A stretch of DNA of 64,000 bases from Candidatus Omnitrophota bacterium (GTDB lineage Bacteria > Omnitrophota > Omnitrophia > Omnitrophales > Aquincolibacteriaceae). A program made the translations under genes and the position numbers. Below the pieces are notes generated by a model. The model did not search any database, was not told the origin of the DNA, and worked only from the letters and a program-made list of their open reading frames with translations. Location of the stretch: positions 642-64,641 of the forward strand of contig JAKJDL010000008.1 in the NCBI GenBank assembly GCA_022705945.1, given 5' to 3'. Below, in pieces: positions 10,165 through 21,400 of the stretch (the stretch's first letter is position 1; the number at the start of each line of letters is the position of its first letter).

Positions 10165-11111
10165 AGCCCCCTCCCGATGATTAATTGCCCCAGAAGTGAA
10201 AGGATCGCCAGAACAAATGCGACGGCAAGCAGGTCCGGGGCCCTGAAAAGGCGCAATTTCGAAGAGTGGATCTCGATCCAGCCGACTACAAAGGCCAGAA
10301 TAAAAATTTTCGCGAGAAAGAAGACCAGCGAAAATCCAAGGGCCGGAAAATCCCCGGCCGCCGCAATCCCCCAGGGAAAGAAAAGATCCGCCAAAAGCGT
10401 CAGGAACACGAGCTGCTTGATCTGATGGCTCCATTCGATCAGGGCCAGGTAGCGGCCGGAATATTCGAGGATCATGGCTTCGTGAATCATGGTTAGCTCG
10501 AGGTGCGTGGCCGGATTGTCCAGGGGGATCCGTCCGCTTTCCGTAATCGTAACGATCAGGAGCGCACCGAAAGCGAGACTCGTGAAGAAAAGGACCTGCA
10601 TCGGAGGTTCGGAAGCAAAATACACAGACATGCTTTCCAGAGACAGTGTCCGGGCGCGAAAACTCAGGGCGAAAAATGCCAGCAGGAGCGCCGGTTCCGC
10701 GAGCGACGAAAGCGTCATCTCGCGGCTCGAACCCATGCCGCCGAATGTCGTTCCCGTGTCCAGAGCCGCGAGAGCCAGAAAAAACCGCCCCAGCGCCAGA
10801 AGATAAACAAAAAGGATCACATCTCCCGTAAAACCGAAGAGGGACCGCGTCCAGAGGACGGGAACCATCGATGCCGCCGCAAGAGTCGACGCGAAAAGGA
10901 CCCACGGCATCGCGTGGAAAATCCAGGATGCCGTTTCCGGGATCACCATGTCTTTGCGGAACAATTTCCAGAGGTCCGCATAGGCCTGGATGAGGCTGGG
11001 TCCCACACGGTTCTGGGAAGCCGCTTTCATTTTTTTGATGAACCAGCTCACGGCAGGCGCGAGCGCCATGAGAAAAAAGACCTGAAAAAGGGACAAAAGA
11101 ACGGCGCTCAT
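10161..11111 (-). CDS. NuoH/HycD-like membrane subunit
   Basis: 317-aa polytopic protein with a NuoH/HycD-like pattern (PLDNPATHLELTMIHEAMILEYSGRY). True start MSAVLLSLFQ at 11111 overlaps the upstream stop (ATGA). Confidence 0.7.
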   Translation of the reverse strand: MSAVLLSLFQVFFLMALAPAVSWFIKKMKAASQNRVGPSLIQAYADLWKLFRKDMVIPETASWIFHAMPWVLFASTLAAASMVPVLWTRSLFGFTGDVILFVYLLALGRFFLALAALDTGTTFGGMGSSREMTLSSLAEPALLLAFFALSFRARTLSLESMSVYFASEPPMQVLFFTSLAFGALLIVTITESGRIPLDNPATHLELTMIHEAMILEYSGRYLALIEWSHQIKQLVFLTLLADLFFPWGIAAAGDFPALGFSLVFFLAKIFILAFVVGWIEIHSSKLRLFRAPDLLAVAFVLAILSLLGQLIIGRGL

Positions 11112-13138
11112 GTCCGACCTCCGTAGAAAAGGAGAAGGAGGATCAGCGTCACGAAAATATAGCTCAGATAAAGCTGGATGTGCCCGGTCTGGATCTGTTT
11201 GGCTTTCCTGGAAAGTTCGGCGACAATGTCCGCGAGCGGCTGGTAGACCCATTCGTCGGCATGATGCGTGATTTTTGACTCAAAACGCTGGGTGGTCCGG
11301 AGCAGTTCGTGGCCTTCGTCCTCAAGCTCGACCCGGCTCGTCGGCTGATAAAGGAAAGAGAGGATCCGGCGCAAAGGTTTGGAATAACCCGTAGCCGTGT
11401 ATTGCATTCGCGGACTAAGCCGGGGCATCCCGCAGTCCCATCTCGGACCGATACGGAAAAGTTTTTTCCCGAGCAGAACCCGCAGGAGAACCATGCTGAC
11501 AACCATGAAACCCAAAAGGATCACGGCGACAAAAGCGGGGGAAAACTGGCTTGCGCCCGAGGGCGAGGTTAAAAAGAATTTCCGTACCACGGCGGCCATC
11601 GGAAGATCCGCTCCCGACAGTTCTCCGGCAATTCTGCCGAGAATCTTCACGATCCACGGTGCCGCAAGAGCCAGCCCGAAACAATTCACGGCCAGGATCC
11701 CCATGCCCGTCTTCATGGACCCGCTCACCTCGCGCGCTTCAGACGCGTGAGCGGAACGGTGCTGACCCAAAAAAGTGATCCCGAAGGCCTTCACAAAACA
11801 GGTGGCCGCGAGGGCGCCCGCGAGACCCAGAAGCGCGGCGAGGATCGGCGAAAAAGACCGTATGGTAACGTCCGCGCTTTCGGATCCCATAAGAAGCGCG
11901 ACAAAGGTCAGCCACTCGCTTACAAAACCGTTGAGCGGCGGAAGCGCGGAGATCGCTATGGCTCCGGTCAGGAAAAAAACTGCGGTCCATGGCATTTTCC
12001 GGATTAACCCCCCGAGATCTTCCATACTGCGCGTATGCACCGCGGAGAGGACGGCGCCGGAGCCGAGAAAGAGAAGGCCTTTGAAAAATGCGTGATTGAT
12101 TACGTGATAAAGCGCGGCCATCAGGGAAAATCCCGCGTAAAGAGGCTGGTGAAACGCCTTAAAAACAGCCGCCATCCCGACCCCAAGAAGGATGATCCCG
12201 ATATTTTCAATACTTGAAAAAGCGAGCAGTTTTTTCAGATCGTTTTCCATCAAGGCATACAGGATGCCGAGGAGCGTGGAAAGAACGGCCACCGCGAGGA
12301 TCGCATAGCCCCACCACACCGGCACCTCTCCCAGAAAATCAAAAAGGAATAGCAGGAGTGCGTAAACCGCGGTTTTGATCATCACACCCGACATGAGCGC
12401 CGAGATGTGACTCGGGGCCTGCGGGTGAGCCTGGGGCAGCCAGATATGGAGCGGAATCACACCGGCCTTGGTTCCGAAACCGATAAGCGCCGCGAGAAAG
12501 ATAGTGTTCCTGAGCCCCGGAGAAAGCGTCCCGGCGGCCGCCCGGAATGCTTCGAACGAGAAACTTCCGGCGTGCATGGAAAGGAGCCAGAATGCCGCGG
12601 CGATCAATGCCGTCCCGGCATGCGTCATGATGAGATACAGCATACCAGCCTTGCGGGCTTCGGGTTTTTCGTGTTCAAAGACAACAAGAAAATAGGACGC
12701 GAGCGACATCAGTTCCCAAAACATGAGGAAGTAAAAGGCGTTCCGGACGGTTACGACAAGCAGCATCGCCAGAATGAAGACGTTGTAGAAAAATCCGAGC
12801 AGCGCGATGTTCTTCCTGCCTCGGAACTCGCGGCGGGTATAACCGACGGCAAAAACAGAGGCCGCAAGCGAGATCGAGGAAATAACCAGTATGAAAAATG
12901 CGGAAAGGGGGTCGGCTGCGAATCGCAAAGGACCCACAGGGAGGCTCCCCCGCCATTCGACGGCCCAGGATGTGCCCGTCAGGAGAACGGAAAGCGAAAA
13001 AAGAACGCCCGCGGCGCTTGCAAGGACCGCAAAACCATGCGTTACGCGGTTTGCGTTCTCACCGCGCTGGTTAAAAAGAAAGCTCGCGATCCCTCCCAGA
13101 CAATGGGAAAGAACCTGTGTATAGAACAGTAATGCCAT
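11108..13138 (-). CDS. NuoL/HyfB-like antiporter membrane subunit (hydrogenase-4 component B-like)
   Basis: 676 aa, at least 14 TM helices, and an NuoL-family signature (HIWLPQAHPQAPSHISALMSG). First gene of the six-gene minus-strand module. Confidence 0.8.
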   Translation of the reverse strand: MALLFYTQVLSHCLGGIASFLFNQRGENANRVTHGFAVLASAAGVLFSLSVLLTGTSWAVEWRGSLPVGPLRFAADPLSAFFILVISSISLAASVFAVGYTRREFRGRKNIALLGFFYNVFILAMLLVVTVRNAFYFLMFWELMSLASYFLVVFEHEKPEARKAGMLYLIMTHAGTALIAAAFWLLSMHAGSFSFEAFRAAAGTLSPGLRNTIFLAALIGFGTKAGVIPLHIWLPQAHPQAPSHISALMSGVMIKTAVYALLLFLFDFLGEVPVWWGYAILAVAVLSTLLGILYALMENDLKKLLAFSSIENIGIILLGVGMAAVFKAFHQPLYAGFSLMAALYHVINHAFFKGLLFLGSGAVLSAVHTRSMEDLGGLIRKMPWTAVFFLTGAIAISALPPLNGFVSEWLTFVALLMGSESADVTIRSFSPILAALLGLAGALAATCFVKAFGITFLGQHRSAHASEAREVSGSMKTGMGILAVNCFGLALAAPWIVKILGRIAGELSGADLPMAAVVRKFFLTSPSGASQFSPAFVAVILLGFMVVSMVLLRVLLGKKLFRIGPRWDCGMPRLSPRMQYTATGYSKPLRRILSFLYQPTSRVELEDEGHELLRTTQRFESKITHHADEWVYQPLADIVAELSRKAKQIQTGHIQLYLSYIFVTLILLLLFYGGRT

Positions 13139-13333
13139 TGCTTCTCAAAACCACCTTAAGACCCTTGTCGTGATCCCTGCGGAGAACACTTGGATCTTTT
13201 GCTTTTCGCGGGTTTCCATGCGGCGAACCTTGCGGTTACACGAGGCTGAATTTTTTTATGTTTCGAAGAGCCCCCTGACAAAATTTACGGCCCGGCTTTC
13301 ATATATACAGGAAAAAAAAACGCTGTCAATGAA

Positions 13334-14551
13334 CTATTTGATCCCGAATCTCTCTCCCAAAATGCGCGAGACCAGCATGCTCGCAACGGTGTCGCCCGTG
13401 GAATTAACCATCGTGGCGGGAGGATCGATCAGCGTGCCGACCATGGAGATCAGCGGAAGCGCTTCGGCCGGAAATCCGTAGAGCGTCACGATCAGAAGCT
13501 CTCCCAGGAACCCGCCGCCCGGGATTCCGCTCATGACCATGCCGGAGAGCAGTGCGATGCCCACGGCCGTGGCATACGTCCCCCACCCGTGAAACGGTAA
13601 GCCAAAAAAAGCAAAAAGAAGCGAAATCTTCACGATCGCTCCCATACAGGTCCCGTCCATATGGATCGTGGCGCCCACCGGGATCACGATGCGGCTGACA
13701 TCCTTCGGCACACCGATCCGGTCCGCGGCTTCGAGGTTCGCGGGGACAGTGGCTACACTGCTCCCCGTCCCCCACGCGGTCAGCGCGGGAGGCATGATAT
13801 TCCCCCAGAAATCCCGGAACCCTTTTTTTCCCCCGGCTAGCCAGACGTAAAGCGATGAGCCCGCGAAAAAATAAAACAGCGCGAACGGATAATAAACCGC
13901 GATCACGCGAAAATAAGAGCCCGGAAGGTCCGGGCCGAGCGTCCCGACAAGGTGCGCGAAATAAGCCCCGAGTCCGACAGGCGCGTAGAACATGATGAGA
14001 TGGATTACTTTCATCATGACCTTGTTTCCCGCAGTCAGAAAATTCACGAATGGTTTTCCCTCTTCGCGCGCGAGCGATGCGGCAAGCCCGATCAGGATCG
14101 CAAAAACAATCAGGGCCGGCATATTCTGTCTTGAGAGCAGGTGCGCGAAATCCGGCACCGTGAATGCGCGCACGATCCGGGCCGTCGCGTTGTTCTGACG
14201 GAAATCCTCCGGAAGCTCGAAGATCGGATGCCCCAAAAGGACAGGCGGGAAAAGCTTTACTCCGAGGATCATCAGGCACGATGAGACGATCCCCGTCACG
14301 ACAAAGATCAGGATCATCCAGCCCATGATCTTTCCGAGCCGGCGGAGGTCGGACATTTCCGCGATCGCGGAGGAGATCGAAAAGAAAACAAGCGGGACCA
14401 CGGCCGTAAAGAGCAGGTTCAGGAAGACATCGCCAAGCGACTTCAGGACCGCCGATTTTTCCTTCAGCAAGATCCCGAGGCCCGCGCCGACGGCGACGGA
14501 GAAAATCAGCAGGATGGAAAAGGAGTAGTGCCTTAAAAAATGATGCTTCAC
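13334..14551 (-). CDS. Dicarboxylate/amino acid:cation symporter (DAACS; GltP/SstT/DctA family)
   Basis: 405 aa, with typical DAACS motifs and hairpin loops (e.g. AVVPLVFFSI). SstT-like length. Confidence 0.75.
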   Translation of the reverse strand: MKHHFLRHYSFSILLIFSVAVGAGLGILLKEKSAVLKSLGDVFLNLLFTAVVPLVFFSISSAIAEMSDLRRLGKIMGWMILIFVVTGIVSSCLMILGVKLFPPVLLGHPIFELPEDFRQNNATARIVRAFTVPDFAHLLSRQNMPALIVFAILIGLAASLAREEGKPFVNFLTAGNKVMMKVIHLIMFYAPVGLGAYFAHLVGTLGPDLPGSYFRVIAVYYPFALFYFFAGSSLYVWLAGGKKGFRDFWGNIMPPALTAWGTGSSVATVPANLEAADRIGVPKDVSRIVIPVGATIHMDGTCMGAIVKISLLFAFFGLPFHGWGTYATAVGIALLSGMVMSGIPGGGFLGELLIVTLYGFPAEALPLISMVGTLIDPPATMVNSTGDTVASMLVSRILGERFGIK

Positions 14552-14770
14552 ATACCCGTTCGCTCGGGACTATGGGTTCGGGACCCGAGTTGGTTCCCCG
14601 TTTAATCTTCCGCGAGGTACGAGCCCCGAGCGACGAGTCCCGTCTGTCGTGTTCAGGCAGACGCATTCTATGTGATTCTTCCGGCAAAATCAGCAATCTT
14701 CCACTCACCGCATCAAGACCGGGTCTTGGCAGGCGGTAAACTCACGGGGTTTTAATGCAAGATCCAAAAT
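14552..14770 (-). promoter_or_regulatory. Long GC-rich structured 5' leader upstream of the DAACS transporter (candidate riboswitch/attenuator)
   Basis: About 220-nt untranslated region with several complementary segments (cgggactcgtcgctcgggg / ccccgagcgacgagtcccg and others). The class is not identified. Confidence 0.25.
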
Positions 14771-15163
14771 CTAAAAAAAGATCCCCATCGTCATTAGCGC
14801 AAGACCAATCGCGGCAGTCGACAGCATTACCGCTTTCATGGCGAGTGGTTCAACCATCAGGGCCAGGATCATTTCCCGGTATTTCTTCCAAAAAAATGCG
14901 CCGCCCGCAACCTTGAGGAGGGTCAGGGTCATAACAAAGGTCACGACGAAACCCTCGCTGCTCATCTCCATGAAAAACATGGCCCACGTCCCCAAAACCA
15001 GGGCTGTCCAAACGACATTGATCCAGAGGACGTATTGCGGCCGTTTTTCGGGCATGACCCTGGGTATCAGGTTTTTCCAGATACCCGGCCAGAACGCGGC
15101 CAAAAATCCTCCAACAACCATCCCCCCGCCCAAAATGATGCTTAAATATTCGAAGAACATCAT
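14771..15163 (-). CDS. Hypothetical small membrane protein
   Basis: 130-aa ORF with 4 hydrophobic helices. No motifs recognised. Confidence 0.4.
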   Translation of the reverse strand: MMFFEYLSIILGGGMVVGGFLAAFWPGIWKNLIPRVMPEKRPQYVLWINVVWTALVLGTWAMFFMEMSSEGFVVTFVMTLTLLKVAGGAFFWKKYREMILALMVEPLAMKAVMLSTAAIGLALMTMGIFF

Positions 15164-15218
15164 TTAATCCCTTTAAGGCCGCAAGACACAAAGTCACGCG
15201 CCGCATGAAAGTTTTCCG

Positions 15219-15413
15219 TCATGTGTCCTTATGGCCCGTGGCTCGCGATCGTCTGTTCCGTCCTTCCATGATGAGTGTCACCCCGACCGAAAAAAAAGAA
15301 AGGAATCCGGCGAGCGCGAAGATTGGCTGTCTCAATGTTCCCGCCCAAAACGCGACCGCGATCAGCACCATCCCCGGAAGAAACCATTTAAGCCAATAGT
15401 CCGTCTTCGTCAT
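15219..15413 (-). CDS. Hypothetical small membrane protein (about 64 aa, MTKTDYWLKWFLPG...)
   Basis: Two predicted TM helices immediately downstream of the 2359-aa gene. The longer ORF-track version overlaps the giant gene's end. Confidence 0.25.
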   Translation of the reverse strand: MTKTDYWLKWFLPGMVLIAVAFWAGTLRQPIFALAGFLSFFSVGVTLIMEGRNRRSRATGHKDT

Positions 15414-15496
15414 GGTGACAGTCTGCCCTGCTTTCTCCTCCGGGTCAATGTTTCCTGACGGGAATAATCGTTTTTTGATCCCGCACTTTATGTGTT

Positions 15497-18400
15497 TTAA
15501 GCGGCGGAGGAGAGAGCGGAGTAAGCGGCATGAATTTCTGTCAGATAATTGCTGAGAAGCCGGCTTGTCGTGCGGACCTTCCCGAAAACCCTCGGCCCGC
15601 CGATCCAATCACGGACGGCGAAAAGGAGCGTGACGCCTTTTTGCGAGTGTTCGCGAGGCAGATCGTCATGGATAAGGTAGGATTCCTTCAGTTTCTCCGG
15701 CGCTACGGCATCCAGCCGGGCCGCAAATTCATCCAGGGTATCGACATTTTCCCGCGCATCAAAAACACATGTTCGTCCCGGATTTTTCAGAAGAAGTTCC
15801 CACGAGGCATTCTGGCGGGCTTCAACAATGATCCGGGATCTTCCCGCCGGCCTCCCCCGCGAACGACGATTCTGCGCCGCTTCCCTGATTAAACCGTTTT
15901 GAAACTCAAGCAATTTTTCTCGCGAAGCACCCGGCACCACAATTTGAATGAAAAGATCGTGAGATACCGCCAAATCCACAGCCTGTCTCACCGCGGGATG
16001 CGAAGGATCGATCATCTCCAAAATAACCGAGAGTTTATCCCCCGCATCCCGGGCTTTCACATCCTGAAAGATTATTTCCAGACCCCGGGTTGCGGCGTCG
16101 CTCTTATTCGCTGCGGAGCCCGATCCGACAAGCAGCGCGATCATTCTTTCGCGTCCCATTTCCAGAACTCTCGAATGACGGATCACTCCCCTCGCGGCAT
16201 TAACCGCTACTTGTCTTTCTGATTCGGCAAGCTCGGCACGCATTTGCTTTTCAGAACCTGTTTCACGGGTTTCGGAACGGGCGAGCTTTCCGTTCATCTT
16301 CAGCGGATCTCCCGTAATAGTTATTGAAAAATTACTTCCGAGGGAGCCCTTATCCGTGAGAAACCCGAGCTTTTCACCCCGAAGCAAATAGTTTTCATAA
16401 AAACGATCCGAGCGCTCCCAGTAGGAGGTCCAGACCAAATCCTTCTCGCCTTTGCGATACAACAAACTTAATACCGCGTCCATCAAAAAAACGCCCTTGC
16501 CCTTATCTCCGTCTTTTTTCGAGACAATTCGTTTGAGATTATTCAAAGAAAAAACCGTTGCCGGCCTTAGATGCGCAAATCCTCTAAGGTTATTCTTTTC
16601 GCCCAGCAACAACAGGGTCGTTGAAACGCCCCCGATGGCCCTGTCCCAATCCTCCTTGTTTCCAAAGGCTTCCCTGTCTTCAAAAGCGGCTCGCTCAAGT
16701 GCCGCGATCTCACCGGCAATATCGCTTTTTGCTTCCGCGGCCAACCTTATGCGGCCGAGGTCAACAATCGTTCCGAACACCGGATCGCTCGCGATAACAG
16801 ATTCGTCAGGGATTGCTAGTTCCGAAAGAGCACCGGCGGGCGGCCGGGGCACATCGGATCCATCCTTCCGAATCTCGCTTCGTTTGGCCGGACTTTCCGG
16901 AGAGGGGGCAAAAACCCACCGGAGCAGGGTGGTATTATCCGGCGCATATTCTCCTCCGGCAAATTCAATATAATCCTGCGCTCGCGCCGATCCCGAAGCG
17001 AGGTAGCGGATCCGTTCATCTTGTATCGTTTTAAGATCGCCGACGTGATAACCATGAATGCCATCGGTCGCAACAAGTATCTCTACCGAACTTTTCGCGC
17101 CTCTCAGATCCAGACGGGTGATGAAGGGTTTCGACACCAAAACCTTTCTGAAGCTTCTGTCACCGAAGGCTCGGGTCAGAGAAAAAAAATGGCGCGTGCG
17201 AAGGTTCATTAACCGCGGGACATTCGAGCTTTTAACTATTTTAAAACCGGGAGCAGAAAGCAGCGCGGGATCATCGCCGACGGTATGCTGAGGGAAAGAC
17301 AGAAACTCACGGTTGTCTTTCAGGACATAAACGGGAGAATCTCCGACAATCATCACGAAGAGGTCCTTTTTATTGTCGGGAACAAAAACCGCTGATAGCG
17401 TCGACCCGGAATCAAACCAAACCGTCAAAAGATGAAGTGTGCGGAATGTCCCGGAGAATGCCGCCCGGATATCACCTCCGCGCAGGAGAACCATAAATCT
17501 AAAAACGGGGGCGAGCAACAACTGAAGCAGTCTTGAGACGCGGGAGCCGTTATGCCCGTCCATAACGGCCATCAACCTCCCGGACGAAAGGAATCCGGGA
17601 ACCGCAACCCGGATCTCCTGATTTATAAAACGGTCCTCCTGATATTTTTTTAATCCCCGGGTTTGGGCCGACTGTGGAACTTCCCGTAACTCGGATCGCT
17701 TTATGACGGCTCCGTCGGGGTTGACCCAAAAGGTTTTGTAAATTTCTTCGTCCAAAAAATGATTGGATTTAACCCGAATGCGGCGGGCTCCGGTCTCATT
17801 ATCGGGCTTTCCGACGCTCACCGCGATCCCGATCATGTGGTCGTGATCATTATGAATTAGCACGGGACCAGAAAAACTTTCCCGAATCGTTTTCAAAAAA
17901 CCCTCTCTCGCCGATTCTCCCGCAGCGAAAAGATGCACTGCCGCTTTTTCTGTAATTCCTTTTTCCAAAAAAATTCTTTTGATGCTGGCAAGATACTCCT
18001 GAAGTTCCGGGTTCGAAATATAATTCCTGTCGCTGTTCCATGGCGAAATGTGCGCCGCACCCACCTTCCCATTTTCAAAAGCGAGAAGGAAAACGCATTG
18101 GCCTGACTGAAGTCCTCCGGAAGCAAACGGCTCATTATCATAAACCTGCAGCATATTCTCCCTGAGATAGCCCCTGATACCCTGGGGAAAGGGTATCCCC
18201 GCGGTGATGTCGTAAACAGGGTTTTCGGGATAATCATCCGGCGGTCTTTCACCCGTGATCATCTCTGTGATCAAATGTCCGAGAACCTTTACCGAGGGAT
18301 TCGTTTGGTAGCGAATAGCGCCGCAAATTTCAAGAAACATTACGGCCGAAAAACCGGTCAGGGCGGTCCGGTAAAGAATTTTCGGCAGCCGGGAAATCCG

Positions 18401-21400
18401 CGGCGAGATTATTTGTCTCAGTTCGCTTCGCCGCGGGTAATTCTTTCCTTCGGGCTCGAAAACAAAGCCCACCTGCCAGCCGCTGACACCGGAATCAAAA
18501 ACAGCTTGCCGTTCAAAAGGTTCCGTAAGCCGGAACCCATGCTTTTCAGCCTCATGAATAAAAAAATCCATCTGCTGAAGATCTTTGGCGGCGCGGATCC
18601 TTTCTTTTAAAAGCCATTCTCCCCTGCGAAAATTTTCTTCGAAGATCTTTAGAATTTCGGCGGTTTTTCCGGGATCCGGGGTGTCGCCGGAAGCGCTGAT
18701 GATAGTTTTGAAAATCTCCAGAACCCGCGAAAGAAAGGCAGCGGATAAAGGATCCTTTTCACCGAAAAACCATATTTCTGCCTGACGTTCGGCCGCCAGG
18801 ATTTTTAAGGTTCTGAGGCTTCTCAATATGCCGGAAAAGCCATTTGGGACATCCGGGGATTCAAGGAAAGCGTTGACGGCTTCAAGAAGACCGCTTTCCC
18901 TGATACGTTCGAATTGCTCCAGATCGATCTTGGCTTTTTCGATGATTCCCGAATCGGCGCGGTGCATGATAAAAAGAGCTCTTGCTCCTTTCTTCATGAC
19001 TCTGGTAAGTTTCAAGAGAACCTCCGCCTCGTTCATGTACTCCAGGGCGTATTGGCTGACCACCGCATCCAGATCTTTCGGGAGTTCCGTCAGGTCCAGA
19101 TCCTCACCCCGGGACCGGACAAAATGAACGCTCTCGGGAATATAATCCTTGCCGATATCCGCTCCGTCCAACGCCCAAAGCTCGAAGTTTTTCTTCGTCT
19201 GAAGCGCTTGCCGGGCAACAAAAAGATTTCCGGCACCGAGATCAAGGACCTTGGAGCCGACAGGAACTCCTTCAAAGAAGTTCTGCCAAAAAGCCCCATA
19301 GGCTTCCTGATGCCTTGCATCCAGAGAGGTTTCACGTTCTCCTGAAAAATGCTGTGTCCACCACAAAAAAGGTTTATCCAATGCGTGATTTTCGGTCTTG
19401 ATGGTCTGTGGAAGCGGAGACGGTTCCGGCTCACTTTGAACGGATCGAACCGCCTCCTCCGGACCGTGAGAAGAAGCAATCCGAAAATTGTTTAAAAAAT
19501 CCCGAACAAACGGGTTCGCCATCAGCTTTTCCATAGAAGAGGATATGTTGAAACTTTCCGTCAGAGACGCATCTGTGAGCTGCTTTTTCGTGAGAAAAAG
19601 AATCTCAGAGACCTCGCCTTGCCCTTTGATGCTCTTTTTCCATTTTTTAAGGCGTTTGATGAATTCAGAATAGTTTTTCCCCCGGGCATCGTCCAAAAAA
19701 ACCTTAAACTCTCTTATTGCCGAAATTTCACGGGGAGTCGGGATATAAACATAAAAACTGGTTCGTCGAGGCTCCCACTTTCTTCCGTCATCAAACATAC
19801 CACGCTCTCCGGCAAGAACGAGATTCCCTTCCGGCTGATAACCTTCACCCCAGATATGCGCCATCCCTGTCTCCTCGGAAATTTCCCTCAGGATTGTTGA
19901 ATCATAAGGGTTCTGGGCCCGGGAGTAAGTGCCGGGCTCTACCATACCTCCGAAAAATTTCATTTTTTGTTTGCCTTCGTTCTCGTGAGGTGAACGCATC
20001 AGAACAAATTCTTCGGTGTCCGGGATAAACAGAACTGCCTTGGCGTTGCGAAGCAAAACCTGTTTTCCCTCCTTCCGTTCCCTTTTAACCGAGCCGCTGA
20101 TAAATGTTCCATCCTCAAGAAAAACAAGATCGGCGACCCCGGCATCCAGGCTGCCGAGGATATGTTCTTCTCCGTTCGACATAACCTCTATCACTTCCAG
20201 ATGCCGGCCCGAAAGACGAAGCTCTCCCGAAAGAACTTTTTGAAGAAGCCGTGTCCGATGTTTCGGAAGGATCGGTGTTTTTGATGTCTTGCCAAGCACG
20301 CCAAGCTGATTGCGAAGCGTGAAATAATCGCGGGGGATTTTAAAAAGACGGGCAATTTTCTTTAACCATTTCCCGGGAGTTTTAAAAAAGAGAACAAGTC
20401 TTCCCCGGACGAATCTTTCTCTGAAATGACGAGGGAAAGAAAACTTGTCATTCGAAGCATTATCAAAGCCTCTCGCTTCGGCTCGGACGGAAACGGCTTC
20501 GCGAGATTCATAAATTGTTTTCGTGCCGCCGGGGACGGCAGAGGGCTCCGCTTGATCCCGATCCGCACCGGATTCTCCCGGGGATTTTTGGGAGGCGACC
20601 GATCTGATTTCATATCTGCCGGTTATTTTTTCCTTTTCATCGCGGAAATCTTCCGCACCCAAACCGGCCTTTCGGGCGTCCGCCGGGAGTTCTCCCCCTC
20701 CCCACGAAAAACCGTGGGCCGCCACCGCCGGGGACCTGAGGCGAGCGATCAACTCATGGTCAGGCACATCCCGGCTGCTGATTTTTTGAAGGGCTTCCCG
20801 AAATTTTTCGAAAAGATGATCAGCGGTAGCGGCGCCAAGGTCGTTTCGAAGATGGGCAAAACCTGCGCCGACGGAGGAGATTCGGATACTGGAAGGCATC
20901 GCCGTATTCCTGAAAGGCTTTTTCGGGGCTTCCTTGCTTTCCGAAAGAGGTTTGCATGTCCGTTCATTTTTAAACCCAAGCATGAGATCAAGATAAGGGC
21001 CCGGATTTTCCGGTTTTGTAATACGCGGTGAAACGCGAATATAAGAAACACCGTTTCTCCGAAATAATTCCGCAATTCCTCCGGAGTGGAATCCTCCCGT
21101 GACAAGAATGGCGTTGGATTCCTTGAGTAAGCGCATCTTCCTGAGCGTTTTATCAAATATTATTTGTTCACGTGCCGTAGCGGTTTTATAAAAACTGAGC
21201 GCGGCCGAAAAAGCCGCCTGAAGGCCGGGGGAAGAATGGAGGGCGGAAAATGGGGTTTTAACTTCACTGTTTCCCGCAGAATGCCATCCGCCATCCAGTT
21301 GCTGGTATTCCTCCCTCGTCATCTCCAGCGCAAAGAGTTTTTTCAGAAGTAGGTATTCCCTGTAGCGTTTTACAGTGTTTTGCTCCTCCCGGCTCGACGC

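Noticed and set aside
10165-10905. N-terminal 247-aa extension of ORF 9505-10905
   Set aside because: It overlaps the well-supported NuoH/HycD-like gene in a different frame. The membrane-subunit sequence begins at an internal ATG (10164) that forms an ATGA overlap with the upstream stop.
13404-14708. 434-aa minus-strand ORF overlapping the DAACS transporter in another frame
   Set aside because: Arg/Gly/Pro-rich low complexity, while the transporter frame shows a coherent set of TM helices.
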